Shown: positions 41,133 through 52,876, counted from the first letter of the stretch. The stretch is DNA of 64,000 nucleotides from Octopus sinensis (GCF_006345805.1 NC_043000.1:56296001-56360000), one strand, 5' to 3'. A program made the numbers and translations. Notes: generated from the sequence alone by a model not told the origin.

Positions 41133-41360
41133 TATTTCTTTATTGCCCACAAGGGGCTAAACACAGAGGGGACAAACAAGGACAGACAAAGGGATTAAGT
41201 CGATTACATTGACCCCAGTGCGTAACTGTTACTTAATTCATTGATCCCAAAAGGATGAAAGGCAAAGTCAACCTCGGTGGAATTTGAACTCAGAATGTAA
41301 AGACAGACTATATACCACTAAGCATTTCGTCCGGCGTGCTAACGTTTCTGCCAACTCGCC
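41133..41360 (-). mobile_element. Family A SINE
   Basis: Near full length; 15-bp TSD caaacggctgaatct/caaacgactgtatct. Confidence 0.9.
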
Positions 41361-42447
41361 CAAACGACTGTATCTGAGAACTATAAAATACACCAGAAAG
41401 CCTTTCTACAATCTACATAATTACATAAAATCCCAACAATCATGACAAAATTTCTTCAGGAAAAAGCTGAAGAAAATACTCACTGAGCTTTATTAAAAAG
41501 TTTTGTTAGACCCACATCACTAAAAAAGGCATTAATGCAATGATCAACTAGATCATCACTCCACACCTGTTCAAAATTCATGCATTACAATAATACATTC
41601 CAGCCAGACTCACTTAGATTGCTGGTGTGTATGGATGAAACTGAAATATCACTTTGATTATTTTCTCCAAGATCAAGCACGATGGATTGGTGAAATTAGT
41701 AGAATGCCAAGCAAGGTACTTGGTGGTATTTGTTCTAGCTTTTAGCATTCTGGATTTTGGGGTAGGAGATATAATCCATCAGCTGACATTAGACCACCAC
41801 CTGACTGTTGACTAACTTTAACAAGCATTCAGAGCAGGCCTCCAGTTTGAGGATAACTTCCTCGCTTCTTCCCAGCAGTTTTGGAGGCTCTGAAAGAATT
41901 AAAGGATCATGAGGTTGTCCTTACCTCTCTAGCTAAACAGTAAAAAAAAAAAACCCATTCCACTTACTTCTCCATGAAAAAAAAAAAAGCAATCAAATGT
42001 AAGAAAAATAAAATGCACAAATGAATGCAGTATTGAGTTATGTGAATTACATTTGATGCCTGCATTTGATTCAATTTGAGCTTCTTCTGTTGCTAATTCA
42101 CTTATGAGACCTTCAGTGTCAAAACATCTAAGACTTCTTTTATTGCAACTGTTTAACACCAGGTCGACCCTATCCAGTAGATCTATGATTCAATCAACCT
42201 ATATCAGGGAGTACATTATTCAATATGACTATATTTAAAATGGTAGGTTATGATTGGAGGTAGATTGGCTGTTATTTCTACCAGGTCAAGTAATCACGCT
42301 GACATCCTATCCCCACCTCCCTCTTTGGCTCAGGTTCCTTGTACTGTAAATCAAGCAGTATTATGTTTGTATAAAATAACAGGTACATACACGTTTAATC
42401 CCCAAACCAATCAGTGCTAATACTGAAGTATAAAAAATAGACACAGA

Positions 42448-42485
<38 letters not shown>

Positions 42486-43224
42486 TGTGTGTGTGTGCGT
42501 GTGCGTGCGTGCGCACGTGCATGCATGCGTATGTGTGTTTAGAGAGAGAGAGAAAGAGAAAGGAAGGAAGAGACTTTCTTTTATTACCGAAAAGTACTTT
42601 AAGCTACTTCTACAACAACTACAGGCAAAGATTCAGCTAACTTACAATATACCTCTTTAAGCATGAATCCTATTTTCCTATTTTCAACTAACGGCAGACA
42701 ATTTTCATCTAGCTTTAATTGAAGCCCTAAGAATGATAACTTTTATAGGTTTTTCAATGCAGTTTTCAGACCTTCTATATATTACCATAAAATACTTCCT
42801 GCACATATGTTCGCATCATAGAAAATCTAATCTTAATGGAGATTGAAAGGATAAGAGATAATAGCTTCCGATTTATGAAGGCATACACTGCAAAGGGAAA
42901 TAAAAACCTATTTATGTGATGACTCCTGTTCTGAAAGGGTTAACAATAACTTACACAATAGCAATACCATACAGATTATTTTTTTCCATTTAATAACAAA
43001 GGTTGGATCACTATTCAGAACTTCCAAATTACCTAGGTACTTGAATTGGTGTGACAGCAAGGATTTAGGATAAATACTCTACAGTATCTTATTTAGTATT
43101 TCACAGTTATGTTTTCAACTCACACTAAGGTAGATTTAATATTTCTTATTCTTATATGGATGGAGTCAGTGAAAAAACATTCACTGTATTTAACAAGATA
43201 TAGTAAATGCAATATAACAAAATG

Positions 43225-43510
43225 TGAAGGGATGAGCCCTAGTTGTTAGGATATTATTGCACTCAAGATTGCAAGATTGTGGTTTCAATTCTCTGACCAG
43301 AGGTTTACTGCATTTTTTAGTTAAAGGCTTCATTCCACATTGCCTCAGTCCACTTGGCTGTAAATGGATAACCCGGCAACAGACTGGCATTCTGTTCATG
43401 AGGAATATTGACCTGTCTGCCTACCTGCCTGTCTAGCAAGTGAGGTGGCATCATTCAAAAGGTACAACAATGCAAGAAAGTGCATTGTGACCAGCGTTGT
43501 ATAACAACAT
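43225..43510 (+). mobile_element. Degenerate family C SINE
   Basis: Head and body similarity. Confidence 0.6.
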
Positions 43511-43714
43511 CCAACAGTCTAGTTAATACAGAAAGACAGCGATATAACAAGATATAGAAAGAATGCTGCCAGATACTTCAATCAATTCTTCTGACTCACC
43601 AACCCAAAGAGTTAAAATAAAACCAAAACATATATGAAGTTGTCATTATAATTGCTGAAGGTTAAGCTCCCTCCCCCAGTAGATATAAACATATATATAT
43701 ATATATACATACAT

Positions 43715-43882
43715 ACACGATGGGCTTCTTTCAGTTTCTGTCTACCAAATCCACTTTCAAGGCTTTCATCAGCCTGAGGCTAAAGTAGTAGAGACTTGCC
43801 CAAGGTGCAACACTGGAACTGAACCCAAAAACATGTGATTGAGAATCAAATTTTCTTACCACACAGCCTTACCTACACCTAT
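43715..43882 (-). mobile_element. Family B SINE 5' half
   Basis: Similarity to family B. Confidence 0.7.
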
Positions 43883-44260
43883 GCGGATATCTTAGTGTAT
43901 ATTCACATTTCATATTTGATCAACTGAAATTTTGGAAGTTCTGTCCCTTGTTATTTTGGAAGAATAATTTCTACTACTATTATTTTTCTTCTCATTATAA
44001 TTTATTAATAAAGCTAGATAGAACTCTGTGGCTTCACTGTAAAAAAAAGCCTCAAAAATGTAGAGATACTTGTTAAGTCTAATAGATTTAGTATACAATT
44101 ATATCTTCATAAAGACAACATATTTGTTATATATATTCATTATAATAACGAACGACTATGATTGCTCAAAGTTATGTGCACCTAAATATATCTAAACATG
44201 TAGGGCTAATAATACTATGATGTTATATGATGCTATGATGTGTATGTATGTGTGTGTGTT

Positions 44261-44588
44261 TGGCTCAATGGTTAGAATGTCAGGCTCACAATCATGAGGT
44301 AGTGAGTTCAATTCCTGGATTGGGCTATGTGTTGTGTTCTTGAGCAGGACACTTTATTTCATGTTGCTACAGTTCATTCAGTTGTAGGAATGAGTTGCAA
44401 TGTCACTGGTGTGCCAAGCTGTATCATCTTTTGCCTTTCCCTTGGATAACATTGGTGGCATTGAAAGGGGGAGCCTGGCATGCAGGGGTGACTGTTGATC
44501 TTCCGTAAACAACTTTGCCTGGACTTGTGCCTCAGAGGGTAATTTTCTAGGTGCAATCTCATGGTCATTCATGACCGAAGGGGGTCCT
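44261..44588 (+). mobile_element. Family C SINE
   Basis: A box tggctcaatggttag, B box gagttcaattcc, body and tail as in 7500-7809. Confidence 0.8.
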
Positions 44589-44594
44589 CTATAC

Positions 44595-45045
44595 AGGCAC
44601 AGGCATGGCTGTGTGGTTGTGAAGCTCAGTTTGCAACCATGCAGCTGTGAGTTCAATCCCACTGCATGGCACATTGGGCAAGTGTTTTCAACTATAGCAT
44701 CATCAGATCAATTCCTTAAGAATCAATTTGGTAGACAGAAACTGTGTGGAAGCCTGTCTAATATGTGTATGTTGTTTGTATATGTGCCTGTGTGTGTGTG
44801 CATGCTTGTGTCTCCTTGTCTTGACAACATGTATTAGTTATTAGTTGGATATGAGTTTCCCTGTCACACAAGCAGCATTATTCTCTTCATTTCCTATGTT
44901 CTGCGGAAACATGCCTGGTCTTGGGAAAATATTATTTTGCTTTCAAATGAGTGAAGGTAGGCAACAGAAAGAGCATCCAGCTGTAGAGAATCCACTTCAA
45001 TAAACTCCATCTGAACCAAGCAAGAATGGGAAAGTGGATGTTAAG
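44595..45045 (+). mobile_element. Family B-like head with family D-like 3' end
   Basis: Head ggcatggctgtgtgg..gggcaagtg; tail gagcatccagctgtagag..aagtggatgttaa. Confidence 0.6.
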
Positions 45046-45054
45046 GAGACAATA

Positions 45055-45279
45055 TATTTCTTTATTGCCCACAAGGGGCTAAACACAGAGGGGACAAACG
45101 AGGACAGACAAAGGGATTAAGTCGATTACATCGACCCCAGTGCGAAACTGGTACTTTATTTATCGACCCCGAAAGGATGAAAGGCAAAGTCAACCTCGGC
45201 GGAATTCGAACTCAGAACGTAACGACAGACGAAATACTGCTAGGCATTTTGCCCGGCGTGCTAACGATTCTGCCAGCCC
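45055..45279 (-). mobile_element. Young family A SINE
   Basis: CpGs retained; 7-bp TSD gacaata. Confidence 0.9.
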
Positions 45280-45318
45280 GACAATAACAACAGTAATCAC
45301 TGCCTTCATCATCACAAT

Positions 45319-45364
<46 letters not shown>

Positions 45365-46843
45365 ACTACTACTACTACTACCACTAGTGTGATTATTTAA
45401 AAAAAGCCAGCAAATAATTTTGGTCAGAAACAATGAAATATATCAGCAACCTATCCCACAGGCCAATTGTCTGACCATTGTAGCTGTCAAAGTACAAACT
45501 GGTAATCTTTGGCCAGTTTTAAATATATAACAAATTATGACTTTAACTGGCATTGAAGGCTTAAAGATAACTCATATCAAACATTTAATAAATGTCTCTC
45601 CAAGACCACCTCAGGACATTACGTTATTCGTTATTCGTGTGTCTTTGCAGTTTTATTGCCAAATACTGTTTCCATTTTAAAAACTAAAATACATGCAGTG
45701 CGGACATCTCCATTCTGATTCTGACTAAATATATAATAATGAGACTTTAACAGCGAGAAATGACTCTGGAAGAATAAACCATATCAAACTTTTAATAATA
45801 CGCTGCACAACTTTTCAGAAGCAAAGAAGTGTGTATGTGTGTATGTGTGAGCGTGTGCATGTGTGTGTATGAGTGTATGTGTGTGTGTGTGTGTTTGTAT
45901 TTATGTGTAGATATGTATGTGTGTGCATATATGTATATACACAAATACATACACACATATATGCACACACTTACACAATGTTAGTGACACATTTGTGATG
46001 TATGTCTATAAGTAAATATGGTTGTCCAAAATTATTATGTAGGAATGTATGCACTGATTAGGCACATACACACACACATGTGTGTGTGCATGCATGTGTA
46101 TAAAAAGAGAGAAAGACATACATACAAACACACATATAAATTTTGATTTGATGCTTGGTTGATTGTATGGACATGTCTGAATGTATGTACATAAAGATAC
46201 ATACATACATATTTACACACACACACACACACCACACACACACACACACATATATATAAATAAAGTATATGCACATGTGTATGGATATAATTTTATATAC
46301 ACAGTGTATAAATGTATGTATAAATTGAGCATATATATGTACAGGTATGTATATATATATATGAACATAAATATAAAGGAACATATATTATTTATATCTA
46401 TGAACATAAATACAAAGGTATATATATATTATTTATATGAGTGTGTATATGCCTGTGTGGGTGTGTAGAAATGTATATATGCATGTACACATAATCATGC
46501 TTTCTTTTTACCTTGAGAAAATATTGCTGGAACTTTCTTCTCCAGAATATAAATAGTTGGTAAAGATGACTAGAGCTCTTTGTTGAACTGACTGAGTCTG
46601 TTAACAAGCTGTAGAATTTATATTTATTATAGAGTGAATCTCATTCATAAGAATCTACATTCAAATGCCATGAATATTGCAAGCTTCAGTCAGGACCTTA
46701 GGGGAGTATAAATTCTATAATTTAAATAGAATATACTCAATAGCCATTGTTACTAAAAGCATTCACTTGGTATTAGGGAATGGATTAGTGTTTCTATATA
46801 AAGATATACATACATTTCTGTCCATAAATATGTGTATATATAT

Positions 46844-46893
<50 letters not shown>

Positions 46894-47180
46894 CACACAA
46901 AAATACACACACAGATGTGCATATACATGTGTGTATGTATATATATCTATATAGTACATATAAATTTATTTATATATACACATCCACATGCATACATATA
47001 AACATGCACAAATACACATACATGTATATATATTTCTAAGTAAGATATTCACATATTTGTATCACTGGGTTGTGACCATGCTGGAACACTGCATTTAAAG
47101 AGTTTTAGTCAATTAAATCAAAGACAATATTAAGTCTATTTTATTCAATTGGTTTCTTTTTGTTAAACAACTAAGTTACT

Positions 47181-47449
47181 TTTTGTTTTTGGATTCGGTT
47201 TGCAAGATTCTTTATGTGAGTTCGTGTGTTGAAGCATATTCTGTTGTGTCTGGGGAGAGTAATTTTCTTTTTGTGCCTTATAATATAACACACTCACCGG
47301 TAAAATTTCTACTTATTCCTTATTTTTATTGAAAAGGTTGCAAGACGCAACGAAAATTTTAGGAAAATAAAAATAAGGAATAAGTAGAAATTTTACCGGT
47401 GAGTGTGTTACATTATAAGGCACAAAAAGAAAATTACTCTCCCCAGACC
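47181..47449. mobile_element. Inverted-dimer insertion of a non-coding repeat family, probably PLE-related
   Basis: ~83-bp inverted arms (47248-47330 and 47366-47448); 13-bp TSD caactaagttact/caaccaagttact (47168-47180, 47450-47462); another family copy at 63668-63822. Confidence 0.75.
47323..47365 (+). ncRNA. Hammerhead-like motif with U3-A8 core variant
   Basis: ttttta-TTGAAAA-g-GTTGC(aagac)GCAAC-GAAA-ATTT-taggaa. Confidence 0.5.
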
Positions 47450-47603
47450 CAACCAAGTTACTGTTACTGAGCTGTAAACAAATTAACACAGCTTGTCAAG
47501 CAGCAAAAGACAAACACAAACATGAAGGTGCATTCACGCACAAACACACACATGTTATGTGTTTGTGTGTGTGTGTGTGTGTGAGTACAGATATATGTAC
47601 ATA

Positions 47604-47870
47604 CAGGGATTGGATGAAACAATCATTGTTAAATGAAAAAAAATTATTATTTAATAGAGAATTAGTTAGTCCACTTTTGGTGCCAATCATAGCTTTAATA
47701 TACAAAGAAATCGATTCAAACAGGTTCTGAATGGTTGTTAGGGGAATTTTGCAGCATTCTTCACATAAAACCTGCTTTGCCTTCTTCAGCAATGATGGTG
47801 GAGAGAAGTGGTAGAACCACTGCTCCAAAATGTACCATAAATGTTCAATAATTCAGTTGGTCTTATACTA
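47604..47870 (-). mobile_element. Tc1-family transposon 3' remnant
   Basis: IIEHLWYILEQ..PPSLL..QVLCEECCKIPLTTIQNLFESIS..IKAMIGTKSGLT matches the Tc1 transposase C-terminus; TA-cagggattgga TIR-like end. Confidence 0.75.
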
Positions 47871-48210
47871 AATTTCTCCTGTTTGCATTCTTTGATAATG
47901 CTGCCTATTTGTTTGGCAAATTAATGTGTAGGAATATTTATTTGAGATATTATAGGTTTGAGAAGGTTATCAGGCCAACCTGTTGCTACTCATTTGGTGT
48001 GTGTGTGTGGTGTGTGTGTGTGTGTGTGTGCGTGTGTGCATGCTTGTAATATGGAATGCTTCATGTTTTTTCACAGTTTCCAACCAGCAAATTTTCTTAC
48101 AAGGTATTCGTAGGCCAAAGCATAATGGTAAAAAAAAATACTTCTTGACCTCAGTCATGCCTCTGTGTCTGTGTGTATGTATGTATGCATGTAAGCATGT
48201 ATATATAAAT

Positions 48211-48241
<31 letters not shown>

Positions 48242-48278
48242 ATATATATATATACATACACACACATATATATATACA

Positions 48279-48326
<48 letters not shown>

Positions 48327-48792
48327 CATATGAGAGGGATTACCACTATGTGGACATCCTAATGCTAAGCATAGATCTGCTATGGTCTTACCACTAAGAA
48401 ATGTTCTCTAGAAAATTTAGCAAACACCAGAAATATAAGCAAGCAAGACAAATGAAAAGCAACACACACACACACACACACATATATATACATATATATA
48501 TATATATTGTTGACTGGTCATAACTGAAAAACTATGATGCCTGTGTTCAATAGTATATTTGGCTTGAGAGTTCATTTATAACCATTACTGGCAGAGTATC
48601 CTTGGGATTTTCAAATCCGGTTAGAAAATTATATCTTTCAGAAGGAAACCTTTGTAACCAAAGAAATAATGAATATATTCTATAGAAAGAACTGTTTATC
48701 TACCATTCCAGATTTTAGTACCCGTTTTCTAGCTTGCTATACTGTGTTTATGTACACATACAAATATAAATACATACACATATACACAATGA

Positions 48793-48824
<32 letters not shown>

Positions 48825-49035
48825 GCGCATGTGTGTGCATGCATGAGTACGTGTGTGTAAAATTGCTATATATGTAAGTTTCAATTTTAAAATATGGTCT
48901 TAGATAGAGTTGCTGTCCAAAGATGTTCAACTCAAAAAATGGTAAAACAAATGATTCTCAAAAAAAGCATGGATTTAAATCCCTAAGACACTCAACTGAC
49001 ACCATCCACCCTTTGAGGAGGAACTATACAACTAT

Positions 49036-49110
49036 ATGGTGTAGTGGTTAAGAGCATGGGCTACAAACCCCAAGATTCCGAGTTCAATTTCAAGCAGTGA
49101 CCTCATCATC

Positions 49111-49154
<44 letters not shown>

Positions 49155-49318
49155 CATCGAAAAATACCTTAGGAATGAGAACCCAGGTTTAAAATTTCTC
49201 CAAGACACCTGAAGAAGGCTGGAGGGTACATCAGCCGAAACAATGTGTTAACAACAAACAAGATGAGGACAAATATCCGTCAAATGTAAATAATGAAAAT
49301 AATGTAAATAATGTAAAA
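49036..49318 (+). mobile_element. tRNA-headed, hammerhead-bearing SINE-like element, copy 1
   Basis: A-box-like tggtgtagtggttaag, B-box-like gagttcaattt, (AAT)n tract, HHR motif at 49204-49249 and a tail shared with the copies at 49806-50356. Confidence 0.8.
49204..49249 (+). ncRNA. Minimal type I hammerhead ribozyme motif (cleavage triplet mutated in this copy)
   Basis: GACAC-CTGAAGA-a-GGCTG(10 nt)CAGCC-GAAA-CAAT-GTGTT: stem I, catalytic core, stem II and GAAA all present. Confidence 0.75.
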
Positions 49319-49805
49319 TAATAAAAGTATAAAATTTATGAAATATCCAATTAGGCATAATCAGCACAAACAAAAAATGGACAAAATTACTAAAATTCAA
49401 AAGAGCAACGGTTATAGTAGAACAAGGAGATAAAAATATTAATCTGCATGTTGTTAATACCACACCCTATAAAAGTCAACCATGAAAGAACTTCATAGTA
49501 AATATAAACCCAGGGATACGTTAATCAGTATAAATAGCAAGGATTATGGAATAGCTACTGGACTAGGAATAGAAGATGGAACAAAACCATATGCCCACCC
49601 CTGCCCAAATACCTAGAATTAATTTAAAGGATCAGAAAATAAATTTTGATAGTGACCCTACCATTAGACTAATATGTCTCCCCAAGTCAGATATTGGTAG
49701 TATTAGCAAATATATTATCGATACAATAATACAAAATCTTTGATCTAAAATTAAACTCAGACACAGTGGAGGTCTCTGGAAGGGTCATAAGATTAGTGAA
49801 GAATA

Positions 49806-49942
49806 TTATTTACATTATTTACATTTGACCTCATCTTGTTTGTTAACATAACGTTTCAGCTGATATACCCTCCAGCCTTCAACAGGTATTTTGGGGAAAT
49901 TTCAAACCTGAGTTCTCATTCCTAAGGTATTTTTCAATGTTG

Positions 49943-49996
<54 letters not shown>

Positions 49997-50067
49997 TCAC
50001 TGCCTGGAATCGAACTCGGAATCTTGGGGTTAGTAGCCCATACTCTTACCCACTATGCCATACGCCC
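49806..50067 (-). mobile_element. tRNA-headed, hammerhead-bearing SINE-like element, copy 2 (inverted half of dimer)
   Basis: Minus strand reads GGGCGTATGGCATAGTGGGTAAGAGTATGGGCTACTAACCCCAAGATTCCGAGTTCGATTCCAGGCAGTGACC, then (AAT)n, the HHR at 49845-49890 and the tail; left TSD copy attagtgaagaata at 49792-49805. Confidence 0.85.
49845..49890 (-). ncRNA. Minimal type I hammerhead motif (A6>U in this copy)
   Basis: aatac-CTGTTGA-a-GGCTG(10 nt)CAGCT-GAAA-CGTT-atgtt, with palindromic AACGTT at stem III. Confidence 0.7.
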
Positions 50068-50124
50068 ATGGTTAAGAGTGCAGGCTACTAACCCCAAGAT
50101 TCTGAGTTTGATTCCAGGCAGTGA

Positions 50125-50172
<48 letters not shown>

Positions 50173-50356
50173 CAACAACAACATTGAAAAATACCTTAGG
50201 AATGAGAACCCAGGTTCAAAATTTCCCCAAGACACCTGATGAAGGCTGGAGGGTATATCAGCTGAGACATTGTGTTAACAACAAACAAGATGAGGACAAA
50301 TATCCGTCAAATGTAAATAATGTAAATAATTCCTCATCTCTTAAATACAGAACTGA
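50068..50356 (+). mobile_element. tRNA-headed, hammerhead-bearing SINE-like element, copy 3 (5'-clipped head)
   Basis: Head begins within the A-box region, followed by (AAT)n and the HHR at 50231-50276; right TSD copy attagtgaagaata at 50357-50370. Confidence 0.85.
50231..50276 (+). ncRNA. Minimal type I hammerhead motif (GAAA>GAGA in this copy)
   Basis: GACAC-CTGATGA-a-GGCTG(10 nt)CAGCT-GAGA-CATT-GTGTT. Confidence 0.7.
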
Positions 50357-51898
50357 ATTAGTGAAGAATAGTAGCAAATTTATACAACTTGACATATCAA
50401 GTTATTATTCTACTATGTGCAATTCTGGTTTACCTAGGTGAGATATGGATATAATACTAGCTGCAAGAAGCATACTGGTAGATTTCAGCAATAGAACTAT
50501 GAACAAGATCTGTTAACTTTTTCAATATAGAAATGGAATCAAATGACTCAGTGCAAGTCACTGATCTTGTTCAAATATATATCCTATTTCAGATGAAGTC
50601 CTGGTTCCCTAAGTATGTGTGTGTGTGTGGGGGTCTATATAGGCATGGTGCTCTCTCCATATTAGATAGGTGTAGTAAAGTAGAAATGGAGAGATGTAAA
50701 AAATGACTATTTAAATTCTTCAGAAATTCCAGACTACCTGTTTCTGTAGAAAATAATTAATGTAAGGTAAATTTTCTTGATACATCATTTAGTTTGGATG
50801 TCAGATTATTTGAACCATACCTTAAACTGAAAGAAAATCGAAGGTATGTCAACAGAAAATCCAGTCACTAACCCTCTATCATAAAAGGAATTGTGAACAA
50901 TATATCCAATTGAATATCTGAACTTTTGGCAAATGAAATGATATATAACTTACATACACATTATTACAATGTAGTGTTAGCTAGGGTCGGCTATGGGTAA
51001 TAAAGAAATATATACTGAGAAAATCAAATGCATACCTAATAATAATACAATGTTTTGTGGGATAATCCAATTATCAGATTACATGTATCATCTTAGATTA
51101 CTAGAGATTTCTTTGCTGCATTGGATAGGCATTTTCCTAAATCTAATAGATACCACAAGATTTTTAACAGACATACAATGAAATTATCATACACAACATC
51201 TAATAACTTAAAATACCATATTCATAAACTCAATAATAGGCAGATAAATCAGAGGATCACTAATACCATTAGTAAGGGTAAAGGTAGAAATAATTCTTCG
51301 AATAAGAAATTCAATAGCAAAGAAGAAAGTAATGAAGCCTGTCCAAATAGTTCTGATAAAAATAATAATATAGTGAAGGCAAAAATGATATAACTAACAA
51401 TTGATACTGAAAATTTCAATAATAGTAGTACTGGAAACAGCCACAAGGATAGTAATAAAGGTTATATGAAAAACACTAAAAATAACCATAGAAACAATAA
51501 AGGAAAAAATTAGAAATAGAAGAAAGACTGGTTGCAAAGAAATAAAGAACAGTGTGGTAAAGAATTGCAATTGTAAGAATAGGTCCGCATGTCCTCTGGG
51601 AAATGAATGCCTTCATAAAGCTGTTTGCATGTTACATTATATTTTGTTTTAACTTTATTGTATTGTATAATCTATTTCTCTTTTTTTATAAACACATTGT
51701 ATGAGAGAAGTGTATATATGTGCATATACAAATATGGATGTATTTTTTATTTTACTTTATTTATGTCTGTCTTTAGAAATAGTATGTATATAAGAAAACT
51801 ATACATGAGTGTATATAAATATATTTATGTATATTTATTTTATTTTACTTTATTGTACTAGCTTTCCTGACTATGATAAGAATATATGAAAAACGTGC

Positions 51899-51933
<35 letters not shown>

Positions 51934-52003
51934 TGTATGTATGTATGTATGTATGTAGATGGATACATGTGTGTGAGTGTTTTTATAAATATACACATGT
52001 GTG

Positions 52004-52299
52004 TATAAGTAAAAATATACATACTTCAATGTATGTGGGTTAGACTTTCAACCCAACATATATTAATATTGCTATAAACAGTACAAAAATGAAGAATATT
52101 AGTAAGAAGCATATATGTATCTTCTTCATCATCATCATCATCATCGTTTAGCATCCGCTTTACTATGATGATGAGGATGATGATACATATATGCTTCTTA
52201 CTAATATTCTTCATTTTTGTACTGTTTATAGCGATATTAATATATGTTGGGTTGAAAGTCTAACCCACATACATTGAAGTATGTATATTTTTACTTATA
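52004..52299. repeat. Long near-perfect inverted repeat (~130-bp arms, ~25-30-nt loop)
   Basis: tataagtaaaaatatac...gcatatatgtatc / gatacatatatgc...gtatatttttacttata. Confidence 0.95.
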
Positions 52300-52321
52300 T
52301 ATGTATATATAAATAGATATA

Positions 52322-52352
<31 letters not shown>

Positions 52353-52876
52353 ATACACTACCTTGTATATGAAAGAATATGTATATGGGAGGGTGTGAGG
52401 ATACCAACAACTAGTCTTTTTGTAATTGTTCCAAAAAAAAGCATATAAAAACAAGACAGTAATAAATTAACTTTAAATAGACGTTGATTCAAATGTAGAA
52501 TTGTTTTGTCAAGAAAGACAGAGCGTAATTTAGATTCTTCACAGAGATAAAGAAGCAGTTGATAAGTACTGAAATTGTTAGATTTTATCACTTTTTTATT
52601 TCTAAATGCTTCATTTTATTCTTCATTCTGTTCAGCACTATCTTGCTTATAATCTGACAATGACAAGAAAATTGTAATATACAATTTCAGGATCTAACAA
52701 AGGACTTATTTCAATAATCATCAGAGGAAGAGCATTTTATACCTTGGCTGAATAATAATGTATTATTCAGCTATGAAATTTTCACCAATATATTACAGGT
52801 GTAAAAATGTGTTGAAACAATTGTAGTGATTTTAAATAAGGAATATCATACATTTCATTCAACTTTCTATCATTTA

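Larger units (their letters stand above)
48965..51900 (+). mobile_element. Decayed Penelope-like retroelement (RT plus start of the GIY-YIG linker), interrupted by hammerhead-SINE insertions
   Basis: Colinear degenerate PLE motifs across frames: GFKS..FEEELYN (~48970), IKSIKFMK (~49320), NLKDQKINFDSDPTIRLICLPKSDIGSISKYIIDTI (~49620-49730), SKFIQLDISSYYST (~50373), EMESNDSVQVTDLV (~50530), GLYRHG in place of GLYRDD (~50632), DRHFPKSNRYHKIFNRHTMKLSY (51121 ORF), CNCKNRSACPLGNECL (~51565). Many stops and frameshifts. Confidence 0.85.

Noticed and set aside
41096-41135. CTGATGAAG word as a hammerhead core (also a degenerate word at ~51865)
   Set aside because: No convincing stem II or intact GAAA at the right spacing
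44030-44051. Histone 3' stem-loop
   Set aside because: The loop is much longer than the 4-nt consensus and no histone CDS lies upstream
49995-50067. tRNA gene with apparent ACT anticodon
   Set aside because: The acceptor and T stems do not pair properly and it is fused to a repeated body; it is a SINE head. The same applies to heads such as 58235-58308
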